From positions 18,724,001 through 18,788,000 of the forward strand of contig OZ210885.1 of the NCBI GenBank assembly GCA_964658305.1: DNA of 64,000 nucleotides. The letters run 5' to 3'. Positions within the stretch are counted from its first letter, which is position 1; each line of letters starts with the position of its first letter. Source of the DNA: Leptogorgia sarmentosa. Taxonomy: Eukaryota. The notes below the pieces were generated by a model, which was given only the letters and a program-made list of their open reading frames with translations, was not told where the DNA came from and did no database searches. The position numbers and the translations under genes were made by a program. This document shows, piece by piece, positions 47,109 through 56,211 of this stretch.

Positions 47109-48510
47109 ATGAAACAGTAGAGTGTTGTTTTATAATTGTGTCATTTTATATCAATATTATTTATATTAAAACGTTTTACCTTGAAGCATTATAAAATTGA
47201 TGTTAGATTTGATTTTTCAATCGGGGCATTCGCCAAATATTTTTGTCCCCAATGTGGGGAATTTTTCTCTATTAGGCATGCACAATGTTGCCCTATATTG
47301 GGGTATTTGCTTATTTTTTCCCACAGAATTCCTAATCCCCACCTATTGCCCAGCCTCCCCCCCTGGCGGCATAACATTGATAGGTGCATAACCATCATCA
47401 AAGATTTCATGGTCATGCAAGGGCAACTTAGAGTGCACAACCTCATCACACATGCTGCACAGGTTTCCAGGCCCACACTGGTGACACCGAATTAAAGCAT
47501 CATTTTCATCAGACATGCAACTAGAACACTTTTCAGAATGACATCCCACATATGCCAAAACATACTCCATCATGTTGCTTCGATGGTCTTCCCATGTTGT
47601 ATTTAACGACTCCATCCTCAAGGCCCATGATTTACTTTTCTTTCCTTTCCAGTCCAACAACAACTCAACATCATTGAGCATATTTTCTTGACAAAGTTAA
47701 GAATATTATATATAAGTAAAACAAGAATTAAGCAAAAAGTACTTTAGTAAAACAAGAATTAAGCATGAATACGCTACAATGTAAATATCACACTCTGAAT
47801 ATTGCAATATGCACACTGTTTTAACATGCCATACTCTCAGTCTTAAATTTGGTTTTTTAGAATTAGGTTTTATCAAATGTATTAAAAGAGAGACAAAAAC
47901 AAGATGATACATCATATGCTGAACTATATTAACTGTTTGAAAACATACAGGAATGATTTTAGCTGCTTTGGTAATGTTCAATATGCCAATGTTTTTTTGC
48001 CCATGTCACAATTAGGCAAATATACTAACCTAATTCCTCTTTACATGACAACTCATCAGATAAATTGAAGGAAGGATTGTCATTGTCAGGTGGTGACTCA
48101 TCATCGTCTGTCGTTGTACTTGTGCATGGCCCTGTTGTGATAGTGGCATTATTGGGGGGTGTACACTACTACAGACTACTCCAATAACAAACAAACCCCT
48201 CAAAATAAAGCACACCCTGACAAAAATTAAAACCCCATTAGTATAGGGCCCTTTCTTGATAGATGCCCAGCCCAAATACTAAGCTCGACCCTATTGTATG
48301 AGTCAATGTAAACCAGCCGGGACAAGGTGGGAGTTACATGGAGATTAGTTGGAGATTTGGGCAGTAAACATGTCCAAGGAGGTGGGGGATTCAAGCTTTT
48401 AGACTTTTACGTGCTCCAACCTCACAGGCAATATCGATTGAGTGTTAAGAATTATTTGAAGTTCATTGATCAGTTTGAAATGAATGAACAAAAATATTAT
48501 TACTAGTATA

Positions 48511-48612
48511 CAGGGTGTCTCAAAAAAAAGGTAATCTAACTTTGACATGTCATTGTGTGTTAATTACTGGGTGTACGAATGTGATTTTTGCATGGTCATA
48601 AAGATCAAGGTC
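48511..48612. mobile_element. Left arm of a Tc1/mariner-type MITE cut by the Polinton
   Basis: TA-CAGGGTGTCTCAAAA start, similar to the 41792 MITE; the partner arm is not in the window. Confidence 0.55.
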
Positions 48613-48912
48613 AGTAGTACTATACCGTTACTTGAGCGGGATTCTGGTGTTGCATTGGATCTCGCGTGGGATTTTATAGCGTTGCGTGGATATTGCGTGG
48701 GGATTTTTGCGTGTATTTTCCTCCCATTATGATGTGTTCCTCCTATTTTTTATGGAGTCCCAACCCCCCTATTTTTTGCGTTTCCCTACCCCCTATTTTT
48801 AAAGGATTCTGCCCCCCGCCTCTTCAAACAATGTTTTTCAAACAATGGTTTTCATAAAAGCGTTTTTATCAACTAAAAAACGTGTTTATTTACAAAAGTT
48901 TACAAAATATTT

Positions 48913-49503
48913 CTAAGCGTTTTTCGTGGGTGTATACAATTCAATAAATATATTATCTATTTCGGATAGATCTTCATTATCCAGGTCAACGCTATAATCT
49001 TTTTGCATCGAATCAAAGAAGTTTGTTTCGTTGTTTTGAATAGCGTTTTCTATTTCCGTGTTTTTTGCCGCAAACCAATTTTCATATTCCTGGGCCTTTG
49101 TGTCTTCATAACGATGGAATTCTACGTTATTTTCGTTTGTGTTGCTTGCACCAAGCCATTCATCGTACTGTGTTGCCTTATTGAACCATTCATCATAATG
49201 ACGAGCCATTTCTTGATCGAAATTATGGAACATTGCGTTGTTTTCTTCAGGTATGTCTTCTAGGCTTTTTTCCCATTCATCATGTTCTTTTTGTGTCGTA
49301 TGTCTCCAATGCGCGTATTCAACCACTAGCTCCTCACTTGTGGGGTTACTTTTCCATATTTCTTTCGGCATTTTGGCTTCGTTTTCTTTTGCTAGCGTGT
49401 CTTCCATTTTCTTTGTCATTTCAACCCACTGATCTTCATCGACAGGCTGACTTTGCCATCTTTGGCACACTTCTTCCCACGTAAAAGAGTTAACTTCTTC
49501 CAT
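48913..49503 (-). CDS. Polinton-terminal acidic protein of unknown function
   Basis: 196-aa ATG ORF with recurring (Y/H)(D/E)(E/N)W motif, followed by AATAAA on the minus strand near 48885. Confidence 0.55.
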   Translation of the reverse strand: MEEVNSFTWEEVCQRWQSQPVDEDQWVEMTKKMEDTLAKENEAKMPKEIWKSNPTSEELVVEYAHWRHTTQKEHDEWEKSLEDIPEENNAMFHNFDQEMARHYDEWFNKATQYDEWLGASNTNENNVEFHRYEDTKAQEYENWFAAKNTEIENAIQNNETNFFDSMQKDYSVDLDNEDLSEIDNIFIELYTPTKNA

Positions 49504-49825
49504 TTCACCAACTGTTATGTTTAACGTACGTAATTTTTTCCTTTAAATAGACATTTTCCTGTGTTTTTCCTTGGGTTTTGTTTTTCCATTGGTTTTGTTT
49601 TCCAGGGGATTTAAGATGTTCTGAATAATTACCGGTTCAGAAAAGCGTTCCGAATAATTACCGGATCAGCGAATGTTCTTATTTTTCACGTGTTTTTCAC
49701 ATGTATTTTCCATGCGGATTTTTCCCGCTGTTTTCTTGAGGTTTTAAAATGGGATTGCGACCCATCAAACGTATAAGCGTGAAAAACAATCTTGTTTTTG
49801 CCATTTTTCTCAACCGTTCACTAAG

Positions 49826-50050
49826 ATGACAAGCGAGAACGAAAAGTTTGTTTATGAACGAGCGCGTCGTGGAAAGCTCAGGGAGGAACGAAGGCTCCAC
49901 CAGGTGTTACAGCCATGGCTGGAACTTAAATATCCTGAAGTATTTAGGGAATTTTGTGCGTTTTTTAATAAACTACAGGACAGAAATCCCCGGTCGAAAA
50001 ACCTCACAACATCGGCCGACTTTAAACGTTTCCGTTTAGACGGGGTATGA
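49826..50050 (+). CDS. Small Polinton ORF, probably truncated at a deletion junction
   Basis: 74-aa ORF (WLELKYPEVFREF...NLTTSADFK) whose end runs into mid-PolB sequence. Confidence 0.5.
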   Translation: MTSENEKFVYERARRGKLREERRLHQVLQPWLELKYPEVFREFCAFFNKLQDRNPRSKNLTTSADFKRFRLDGV

Positions 50051-50833
50051 TGGATATTTTATCCAGAATTATTTGAACAAGAATGGAGTGAAGTACGATG
50101 TTATCATGAGCGGTGCCAAGATCCTAACGTTGACAGTTCCTATGCTGAACATACGATTTATTGACTCGTTAAATTTTATTCCAATGGGTCTCGCTAAATT
50201 CCCAAAGACCTTTGGTCTGGATGAATTACATAAAGGATATTTTCCTCATTTGTTCAATAAGAAGGAGAATCAGAATTATGTCGGACCTATTCCGTGCGAG
50301 CCGTACTATAATCCAAATGAAATGAGTCCGAAAAATCGCGAAGTCTTTCAGAAATGGCACAAAGAGCAAAGAGACAATAATGTCGTGTTTGATTTTGTTA
50401 AAGAGTTTACTGCGTACTGTAGACCGATGTGGATATTTTGAGACGTAGCTGTATGGAGTTTTGTGAACTGTTTCAAAATAGTACAGGAATTGACCCGTTT
50501 GAGAAATGTCTAACAATTGCCAGTGCGTGCCAGTTGGTTTATCGTACTAACTTTTTGAAAGAAAACACCATTGCAATTTTAAATTCTGATAAATAATTTT
50601 AAATTTGCCATCTGAAAATGAAGCAATCCAATACGGCACTGAAGTGGTTATCGTTTGTGTCTGAAAAAGAGGGTATTTGCATCGAACATGTTAGGAATGG
50701 TGGAGAGAAGCGTGTAGGCAAGTATTCCTTGGATGGATATCATGAAGAATCAAACACAGCATACGAGTTTCAGGGATGCCTCTGGCATGGTAAGTTTTTG
50801 GCATATACCGAAATGTATGTACTTTTTTCTTAA
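50043..50833 (+). pseudogene. Protein-primed B-family DNA polymerase fragment with Vsr-like nuclease segment
   Basis: GYDGYF, FIDSLNFIPM, KGYFPHLFN, YC-DV-IL, TIASAC, GEKRVGKYSLDGY...YEFQGCLWHG. Confidence 0.88.
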
Positions 50834-50837
50834 CTAA

Positions 50838-51340
50838 AGATCATTTATTGTTATGGGGAGTATCAGAAAGAGTTTGAGGAACTACGAAATGTGGATTTGG
50901 TCGAAGGATTTCCGTCAAATTTGGATGACTTAACCCGAGGACATGACAATTCGATCGTGGTGTTGAATGATCTCATGGGAGAATGTTCAAAAGATCAACG
51001 TGTCTCCGATTTATTTACACGTGGATCTCACCATGAAGGCATTTCTGTATTATATCTTACGCAGAACCTATTTCCACCAGGAAAATTATCAAGAACCATT
51101 AGCTTAAATTGTCATTACATTTTTGTGTTTAAAAATCCACGTGATTCTCTCGGGATTGCAACACTGGCTAAACAAATGTATCCTAGACAGAGCAATTTTT
51201 TGGTGGATTCCTTTCACAATGCTACGAAACAACCACATAGTTATTTACTTATTGATTGTCATCCACAAACACTGGAAAATATACGATTACGTACAAATAT
51301 TTTACCTGGAGAAAGACAAATTGTGTATATAAAGAAGTAA
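50838..51340 (+). pseudogene. Polinton packaging ATPase, 5'-truncated (no Walker A)
   Basis: IIYCYGEYQ, IVVLNDLM (altered Walker B), LFTRGSHH, TQNLF, SRTISLN, FKNPRD, RLRTNILP. Confidence 0.88.
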
Positions 51341-51380
51341 AAACAAAACACACACTCATTTGTGTGATACATTGTGCGTG

Positions 51381-52031
51381 ATGACATCAAGAAATATTGG
51401 ATTAGATGAACCTTTCTTAACACGTTACGGTACTACAATACAACTGAAACGAGCAACAGTTTTTTTGAAGTTCAAAAATTTTACAACTGCGAATAACAAA
51501 TTCACGGTTGATACCGAAGAAAAGGGGCTCAGTGTGGGGTATTGGGATTTTGAGCTTATTAAAGAACGACTGGAAGGAGATAAAATCAATCTCACTGCAA
51601 ACATACATGATAATACGTGTGATGTCGAAAATAAGTCGGGAGCTGTCGTAAACTTAAAAAACTTTGGAGAATTATTGGGATTTCCTGCGGATACAAGCAT
51701 ATCTCAAGATACAGTTACCCAATCATTAAAAGCAGTTGACGTGAATTCCAGATTAAGATACCTCACAGTTACATGTGATCTTGCGAATCCGCTTATAAAT
51801 GTTGGCACAGACGGAAACACAAACACAAACATTGCCTATCTACCCATCCCTCCAGGTACCCGTCTAAACTCCAGCGTTTCCGGTTTTAACGAAAATCATC
51901 CAATAGTTCCTGTTAAGGAAGACATTGTTACCGAAATGACGTTTACCGTAAACTCAAACATAAGTATTCCTGTGGATGTTGACGTGCTTCTTAATCTCGT
52001 TGTGGATGGTATACATAGGGAACACACTTAG
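51381..52031 (+). CDS. Probable minor capsid (penton, single jelly roll) protein
   Basis: ELLGF...DVNSRLRYLTVTCDL...IVPVKEDIVTEMTFTV pattern and position in a Polinton. Confidence 0.6.
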   Translation: MTSRNIGLDEPFLTRYGTTIQLKRATVFLKFKNFTTANNKFTVDTEEKGLSVGYWDFELIKERLEGDKINLTANIHDNTCDVENKSGAVVNLKNFGELLGFPADTSISQDTVTQSLKAVDVNSRLRYLTVTCDLANPLINVGTDGNTNTNIAYLPIPPGTRLNSSVSGFNENHPIVPVKEDIVTEMTFTVNSNISIPVDVDVLLNLVVDGIHREHT

Positions 52032-52052
52032 TGGATGTTAGTCATTTATAGG

Positions 52053-52337
52053 ATGTCTTCGTATGTGAAAAGAACCCTTCCGCTCCTTCAAACATTAGCA
52101 AAATCAAAACCGGCCTTACGAAACGCAATTCTTCAGCACACTCCCTCGGATTTGATTAAAGCTATTTCCGAAATTATTTTAAACATACTTAAAGGAACTA
52201 TAAAAATAACTCCACGTCAGAAGAAACGTTTGGCTCGCTACAAAAACAAGCTTCGTAAGCTATCAAGCAACAAAGTGTTGGAAAAAATAAAAAGAAATTT
52301 CCTTAGACAAAAAGGTGGTGGTGGTGGTGCAGCCTAG
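52053..52337 (+). CDS. Small basic conserved Polinton protein ending in QKGG
   Basis: LIKAISEIILNILKG...QKKRLARYK...RQKGG. A likely frameshift hides a tail LVPLAIAAITGRS. Confidence 0.7.
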   Translation: MSSYVKRTLPLLQTLAKSKPALRNAILQHTPSDLIKAISEIILNILKGTIKITPRQKKRLARYKNKLRKLSSNKVLEKIKRNFLRQKGGGGGAA

Positions 52338-52371
52338 TACCTTTGGCTATCGCTGCAATAACAGGACGATC

Positions 52372-53034
52372 ATGAAGCGTATGGTTTTAATTCCTGAAGA
52401 AAAGCTTATGCAATACGAACAACAAAAAGGAGGTGCAACACACCCATATATAAATATCACACCATACACAGGCAATACAGGGTGGGACACGCCACAGCAA
52501 GGTTTTGGAAAAAAAGAAGAGAGGGAGTTATCAGACGATATTATTGTCCAAGGAATTCCAAAGACTATGAGAACACGAGCTACTGCCCTTTTGGAACGAC
52601 TGAAAGCAAGACCCGACGTTATTTCGTGGGATGATATGGGTCAAGTCAAAATAGATGGAGTTTTTATTCCGAAATCAAATATCTCGGATCTGATCTCCAG
52701 TGCTATGAGATCGCGCAAAAACTTTAATCCTGTAGCCTCACAAGACTTTTTTAACATATTAAATAACATAAACGTACCCAGGGATCTTGTGAGAAACGAA
52801 GAACCAATGAAAGGATTTGAAGGGAAACGTAAAAAACCCTTAACACAAAAAGGAGGATTTGCATCGCTTGTTCCGCTCGTAGACAAACTCTTTTACAAAC
52901 TCGAAAAAGACGTAGTTCCACCAGCAGCAAGATACATGCAAAGAAAAGAAGAGAGGTGGAAAAAACTACAAAAAGGACGGGGGAAAGAACAGAAACTTCG
53001 TAAAATACCCAATTGGGAATGTTATAAAGGATAA
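52372..53034 (+). CDS. Conserved Polinton protein of unknown function
   Basis: MKRMVLIP...ISWDDMGQVKIDG...SNISDLI...NVPRDLVRN. Confidence 0.72.
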   Translation: MKRMVLIPEEKLMQYEQQKGGATHPYINITPYTGNTGWDTPQQGFGKKEERELSDDIIVQGIPKTMRTRATALLERLKARPDVISWDDMGQVKIDGVFIPKSNISDLISSAMRSRKNFNPVASQDFFNILNNINVPRDLVRNEEPMKGFEGKRKKPLTQKGGFASLVPLVDKLFYKLEKDVVPPAARYMQRKEERWKKLQKGRGKEQKLRKIPNWECYKG

Positions 53035-53059
53035 CTTTTTTGTAAATAATTATAGTTAA

Positions 53060-53100
53060 AATGAATAAAAAACACTTTTTGAAAAGCTGATTTTTATTTA
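53060..53100. terminator. Back-to-back polyadenylation signals between convergent Polinton genes
   Basis: AATAAA on + near 53064 and on - (TTTATT) near 53093. Confidence 0.55.
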
Positions 53101-53601
53101 AAGCAATTTTTTACAACATTGACTAAGCCCACAAATGGGTTTATTAGTAATATCAAAATACTTTTTAACATAACAAGATACGTTTCTATCGTTCGCCAAT
53201 GTATTGTCTCCGAACATGTTTACAATATCGTTCATACTACGACCACGAGCTCTCTGATATAAGTAAAAAATAGAATATTGCCCACACACTTTAGTCCACG
53301 AACTTTGTAATTTTCGTGTATTTCGTTTCCATTCATAAGGTTTAAAATAAGTTTTAAAAGATTCGTTGTAATGTTCAGGTGCTTGTCCATAACTGTCGAA
53401 AAATTCTCCTGTATTGTAAGTGGGAAAGTGGAATACTACCCAATGCATCCCCGGTTTTGTAGATGGGTCCGTATTAGCCACAAATCCACAGGGAAATGTA
53501 CTTAAGGATTTCGGTAACTGATCGGCTGGAAATACACCACAAAACTTCTTTGATGTTTTGGAATTACGTTCCAAGGCACGTTCAATCTGTTGAGTATTCA
53601 T
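53098..53601 (-). CDS. Adenain-like cysteine maturation protease
   Basis: GVFPAD, ANTD...GMHWV, FDSYG, LQS...VCGQY; His, Asp, Gln and Cys catalytic residues present. Confidence 0.92.
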   Translation of the reverse strand: MNTQQIERALERNSKTSKKFCGVFPADQLPKSLSTFPCGFVANTDPSTKPGMHWVVFHFPTYNTGEFFDSYGQAPEHYNESFKTYFKPYEWKRNTRKLQSSWTKVCGQYSIFYLYQRARGRSMNDIVNMFGDNTLANDRNVSCYVKKYFDITNKPICGLSQCCKKLL

Positions 53602-55025
53602 GACGACATGTCGTGCATTACATTTCTTTCACCATCAATTTGTATGATATTTTCAAAATCTCCGTAACATACCAATGCAAGAGCAGTGGTTGGTGCGGTG
53701 GCGAATGTGATGTCAATTGTCAGCGAACCGCGCTGCACTGCATTAAAATAGGGAGAGGCACCACACATATCAGGGGTTAGATCAAAGGCATAGATGGTGT
53801 ACCCCTTTGGGTAATCTTCTCGGGATATATTGAGTCCGGTGTTGTAATTCATCTTTCCTGTACCGGAGAACAGACTACCAAATGCTTGCGTGTAATTTTC
53901 TTTGTTGTTTTCGTATTTGAGATTGAATTGCTTGAAGGGTAATTCTTCTCCGTTTGCTGTAAGCGTCACCGACGTTACTCCATAATTTTTGAAATTAAAC
54001 GGGTTTTCCCCATAACTTCCGTTGTAAGCCGTGGCATCCTCGAGAGCAAATACAAACGATTTTGGTATGGTTCCTGTGAAAATATTATCTTTTCTTATGG
54101 ATGAAACATTTCCCGGTACAACAAACGCTTTGCATTCAACACGTTGGATAGGGTAAATGGCTGGCACACGCTTTAGTGCAGTTGTATGAGCTGCCTGAAC
54201 CGCCTGGCTCACTCTGACTTTACGAACTTTAAGAATAACATCGGTTAACGTCACCCAGGCATTAAGAGGGTTCTGGTTTTTGTCAATAAGACAAAACTGA
54301 TCGGAGCTTCGGTTGAGAATCAATTTAATATCCACTTTATCCAATAAGAGACGATTGGTCATAAACGCGTCAACAAAAACGGGTCCCTCCATAGTAAGGA
54401 GCTTTCCATCTCGTATGAACTGATGTCTTATGGCGAAACCTTGATTTCCACTTCCTGGTACCATAATTTTTTGACTGGCGCTTCGCACGACGTCGGCGCC
54501 CTGCGGATTTCTAGTTGTATAGTTGTAGGTAATTGTTTTCTCTGCGGGAAGACTTCCTGCATTATCCATTTCTCCAGGGGTATCTTTGTAGTACAGTGCT
54601 GACGTAAGTTGAGACTCTTTGGCAGAAACATCATAATTCAATAATGTTTCAAAATAGGCGTGGTAGGGATAGGTTCCAATAGCAGGTGTTACTTGTTTCC
54701 CGTTCAGGTACACATCAACTTGCTTGAATAGGGTGTGAAAAAAATTGTTGACTGGGGCAATACTCGCTTGCTCATTACCGCTTAAATTTGTGCCATCACC
54801 CTTTACCACTTTTCCCTCAACAACCAAAATTGTTTTCAATAAGTCAACATAGTCGTCAGTACCGGTAACCAGAAATGTAATAGGTCCCTCATCATTCTCA
54901 ACACTTGAAAGAGAATGATATTCAACCCAGCGACCTTTTTCCAAGCTTGTTTGTGTGGGTGGAATGTTAAACAAATCAACTTCGGTTTTACCACAACGTT
55001 TTGATTTATTGTGTACGTAACTCAT
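53598..55025 (-). CDS. Polinton double-jelly-roll major capsid protein
   Basis: Intact 475-aa ORF: DLFNIPPTQTS, PVNNFFHTLFKQVDVYLNG, YFETLLNY, NPFNF, GYTIYAFDLTPD. Confidence 0.92.
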   Translation of the reverse strand: MSYVHNKSKRCGKTEVDLFNIPPTQTSLEKGRWVEYHSLSSVENDEGPITFLVTGTDDYVDLLKTILVVEGKVVKGDGTNLSGNEQASIAPVNNFFHTLFKQVDVYLNGKQVTPAIGTYPYHAYFETLLNYDVSAKESQLTSALYYKDTPGEMDNAGSLPAEKTITYNYTTRNPQGADVVRSASQKIMVPGSGNQGFAIRHQFIRDGKLLTMEGPVFVDAFMTNRLLLDKVDIKLILNRSSDQFCLIDKNQNPLNAWVTLTDVILKVRKVRVSQAVQAAHTTALKRVPAIYPIQRVECKAFVVPGNVSSIRKDNIFTGTIPKSFVFALEDATAYNGSYGENPFNFKNYGVTSVTLTANGEELPFKQFNLKYENNKENYTQAFGSLFSGTGKMNYNTGLNISREDYPKGYTIYAFDLTPDMCGASPYFNAVQRGSLTIDITFATAPTTALALVCYGDFENIIQIDGERNVMHDMSS

Positions 55026-55082
55026 TTTGAAGACCTCTTCTCTGATTCAATGTCAAACTAAATGTGAGTACTTTTTCTTTAT

Positions 55083-55623
55083 TTAACCAAATATATCCTT
55101 TGGAGGTAAAGTCCTTCTCTGTTTTGACGTCATTGCTCTCGGAAACACAACACCTGCAGCTTTTCTTGTTCTTCCGCGCTTTCCTCCAGATTGTGACTTC
55201 TTTCGTTTACGACCTCCTTTTTGTGACCTTTTTGTTTTTTTCTTTTTTTTAACTATCCACATCCACAGTATACGCTCCATCCAATTCTTCATTTGAGATT
55301 TTCTCACACACTTTGTTGGTAAAATTTGATGCGCACATATTGACACTCAACACGATGCCTCCCCCGGCATAAAAGTCCAAATCAATTGTCATTGTGATGA
55401 TCGGTAGCGAAATGATCCTCAAGTCTATTGCTTTCCTCTTCTGCAATGTACCTTCATTAAAACTTTCAACAGGAATGTTTACTTTGTAGCCCTTTCTTAG
55501 CATTTCTGCAGATTGACCAACCCGCCCTGTGTAACGATGTTTTGGCCTCCCATATTTCCCCTTTGGTAGTTGTTGTATTTTTCTCTTTTTTTCTGGTGTA
55601 CCGAAGCGTAACACGGCACACAC
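55083..55623 (-). pseudogene. Degenerate basic core-like protein region upstream of the capsid gene
   Basis: K/R-rich KRSQKGGRKRKKSQSGGKRGR...KDIFG; frame broken near 55250. Confidence 0.55.
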
Positions 55624-55889
55624 TCTTCTTTAAATTCTTTAATACAAACTCAATGGAAAGAAATATAAACCAAGTACAAATCAAATCTCACGTTTTCTCC
55701 CTCTGCCTCGTGTTCGGTCCTTCGCCTGCGTACAGGCGAGAGTCCCTAAATTCGGGTCACTGGCTGATGACTTTTCTCTTCTGTAGGACTGTTTGCCTTT
55801 TACGTTCTGGTTTGTCTCCAGTGCGAGACCATTGCAATCTGATGGCAGTGATTCTTCGTCATCTTCACAGATTTTATATAACAAGTTCT

Positions 55890-56211
55890 CCAAATCATAA
55901 AGAACAAGCGGACAGTGTTGTGATGGCGCACAATTTTCAGGGTTACGACAGCTACTTTGTTCTGCAGTTCCTACGCGAGAACGGTGTCAAGTACCGTGTC
56001 AAGTACGATGTCATCATGCGAGGTGCTAAAGTCCTTTCGCTCACAGTACCTATGTTCAACATCAAGTTCATCGACTCGTTGAACTTTATACCTATGTGAT
56101 TAGCCGATTTCCCCAAAACTTTTGGTATCGAGGAACTCGCGAAAGATTATTTCCCTCGCCTGTTCAATAAGAAAGAGAACGAAGATTATGTTGGTCCCAT
56201 ACCACCTGCAC
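55890..56211 (+). pseudogene. Second pPolB fragment (exonuclease region), cut by a BEL LTR
   Basis: AHNFQGYDSYF...FIDSLNFIPM*LADFPKTFG...YFPRLFN...YVGPIP. Confidence 0.88.

Larger units (their letters stand above)
40502..47388 (+). mobile_element. Zator-like DNA transposon with TGCA termini and TAA TSD
   Basis: TIRs of about 55 bp, TGCACCTA(G/T)CAATGTTATGCC(C/G)CCAGGGGGGGAGGC(C/T)GGGCAATAGGTGGG; TAA at 40499-40501 and 47389-47391. Excision restores KDZ codons DDG|YYQ. Confidence 0.85.
19069..48180 (-). pseudogene. KDZ (Kyakuja-Dileera-Zisupton) transposase with CxC3-like cysteine cluster; 3' half missing
   Basis: Exons about 48180-48030, 47686-47389 plus 40498-40439, 39969-39862, 19931-19693 and 19247-19069 join in phase: CSSC...IRCHQC...LCSMCDEVVHSKLPLHD...CPLC...VITLRGRFD...GYWP...CPPC...HVDGHSKLYRF. 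Confidence 0.8.
48613..56211. mobile_element. Polinton/Maverick endogenous virus-like element, internally deleted and mosaic
   Basis: AGTAGT terminus at 48613; pPolB, ATPase, penton-like, protease and major capsid genes. No integrase seen. Confidence 0.9.

Noticed and set aside
48290..48420. Possible second copy of the Zator-like TIR (GTCAATGTAAAC...GGTGGG)
   Set aside because: Similarity is too short and degenerate, and there is no partner end.
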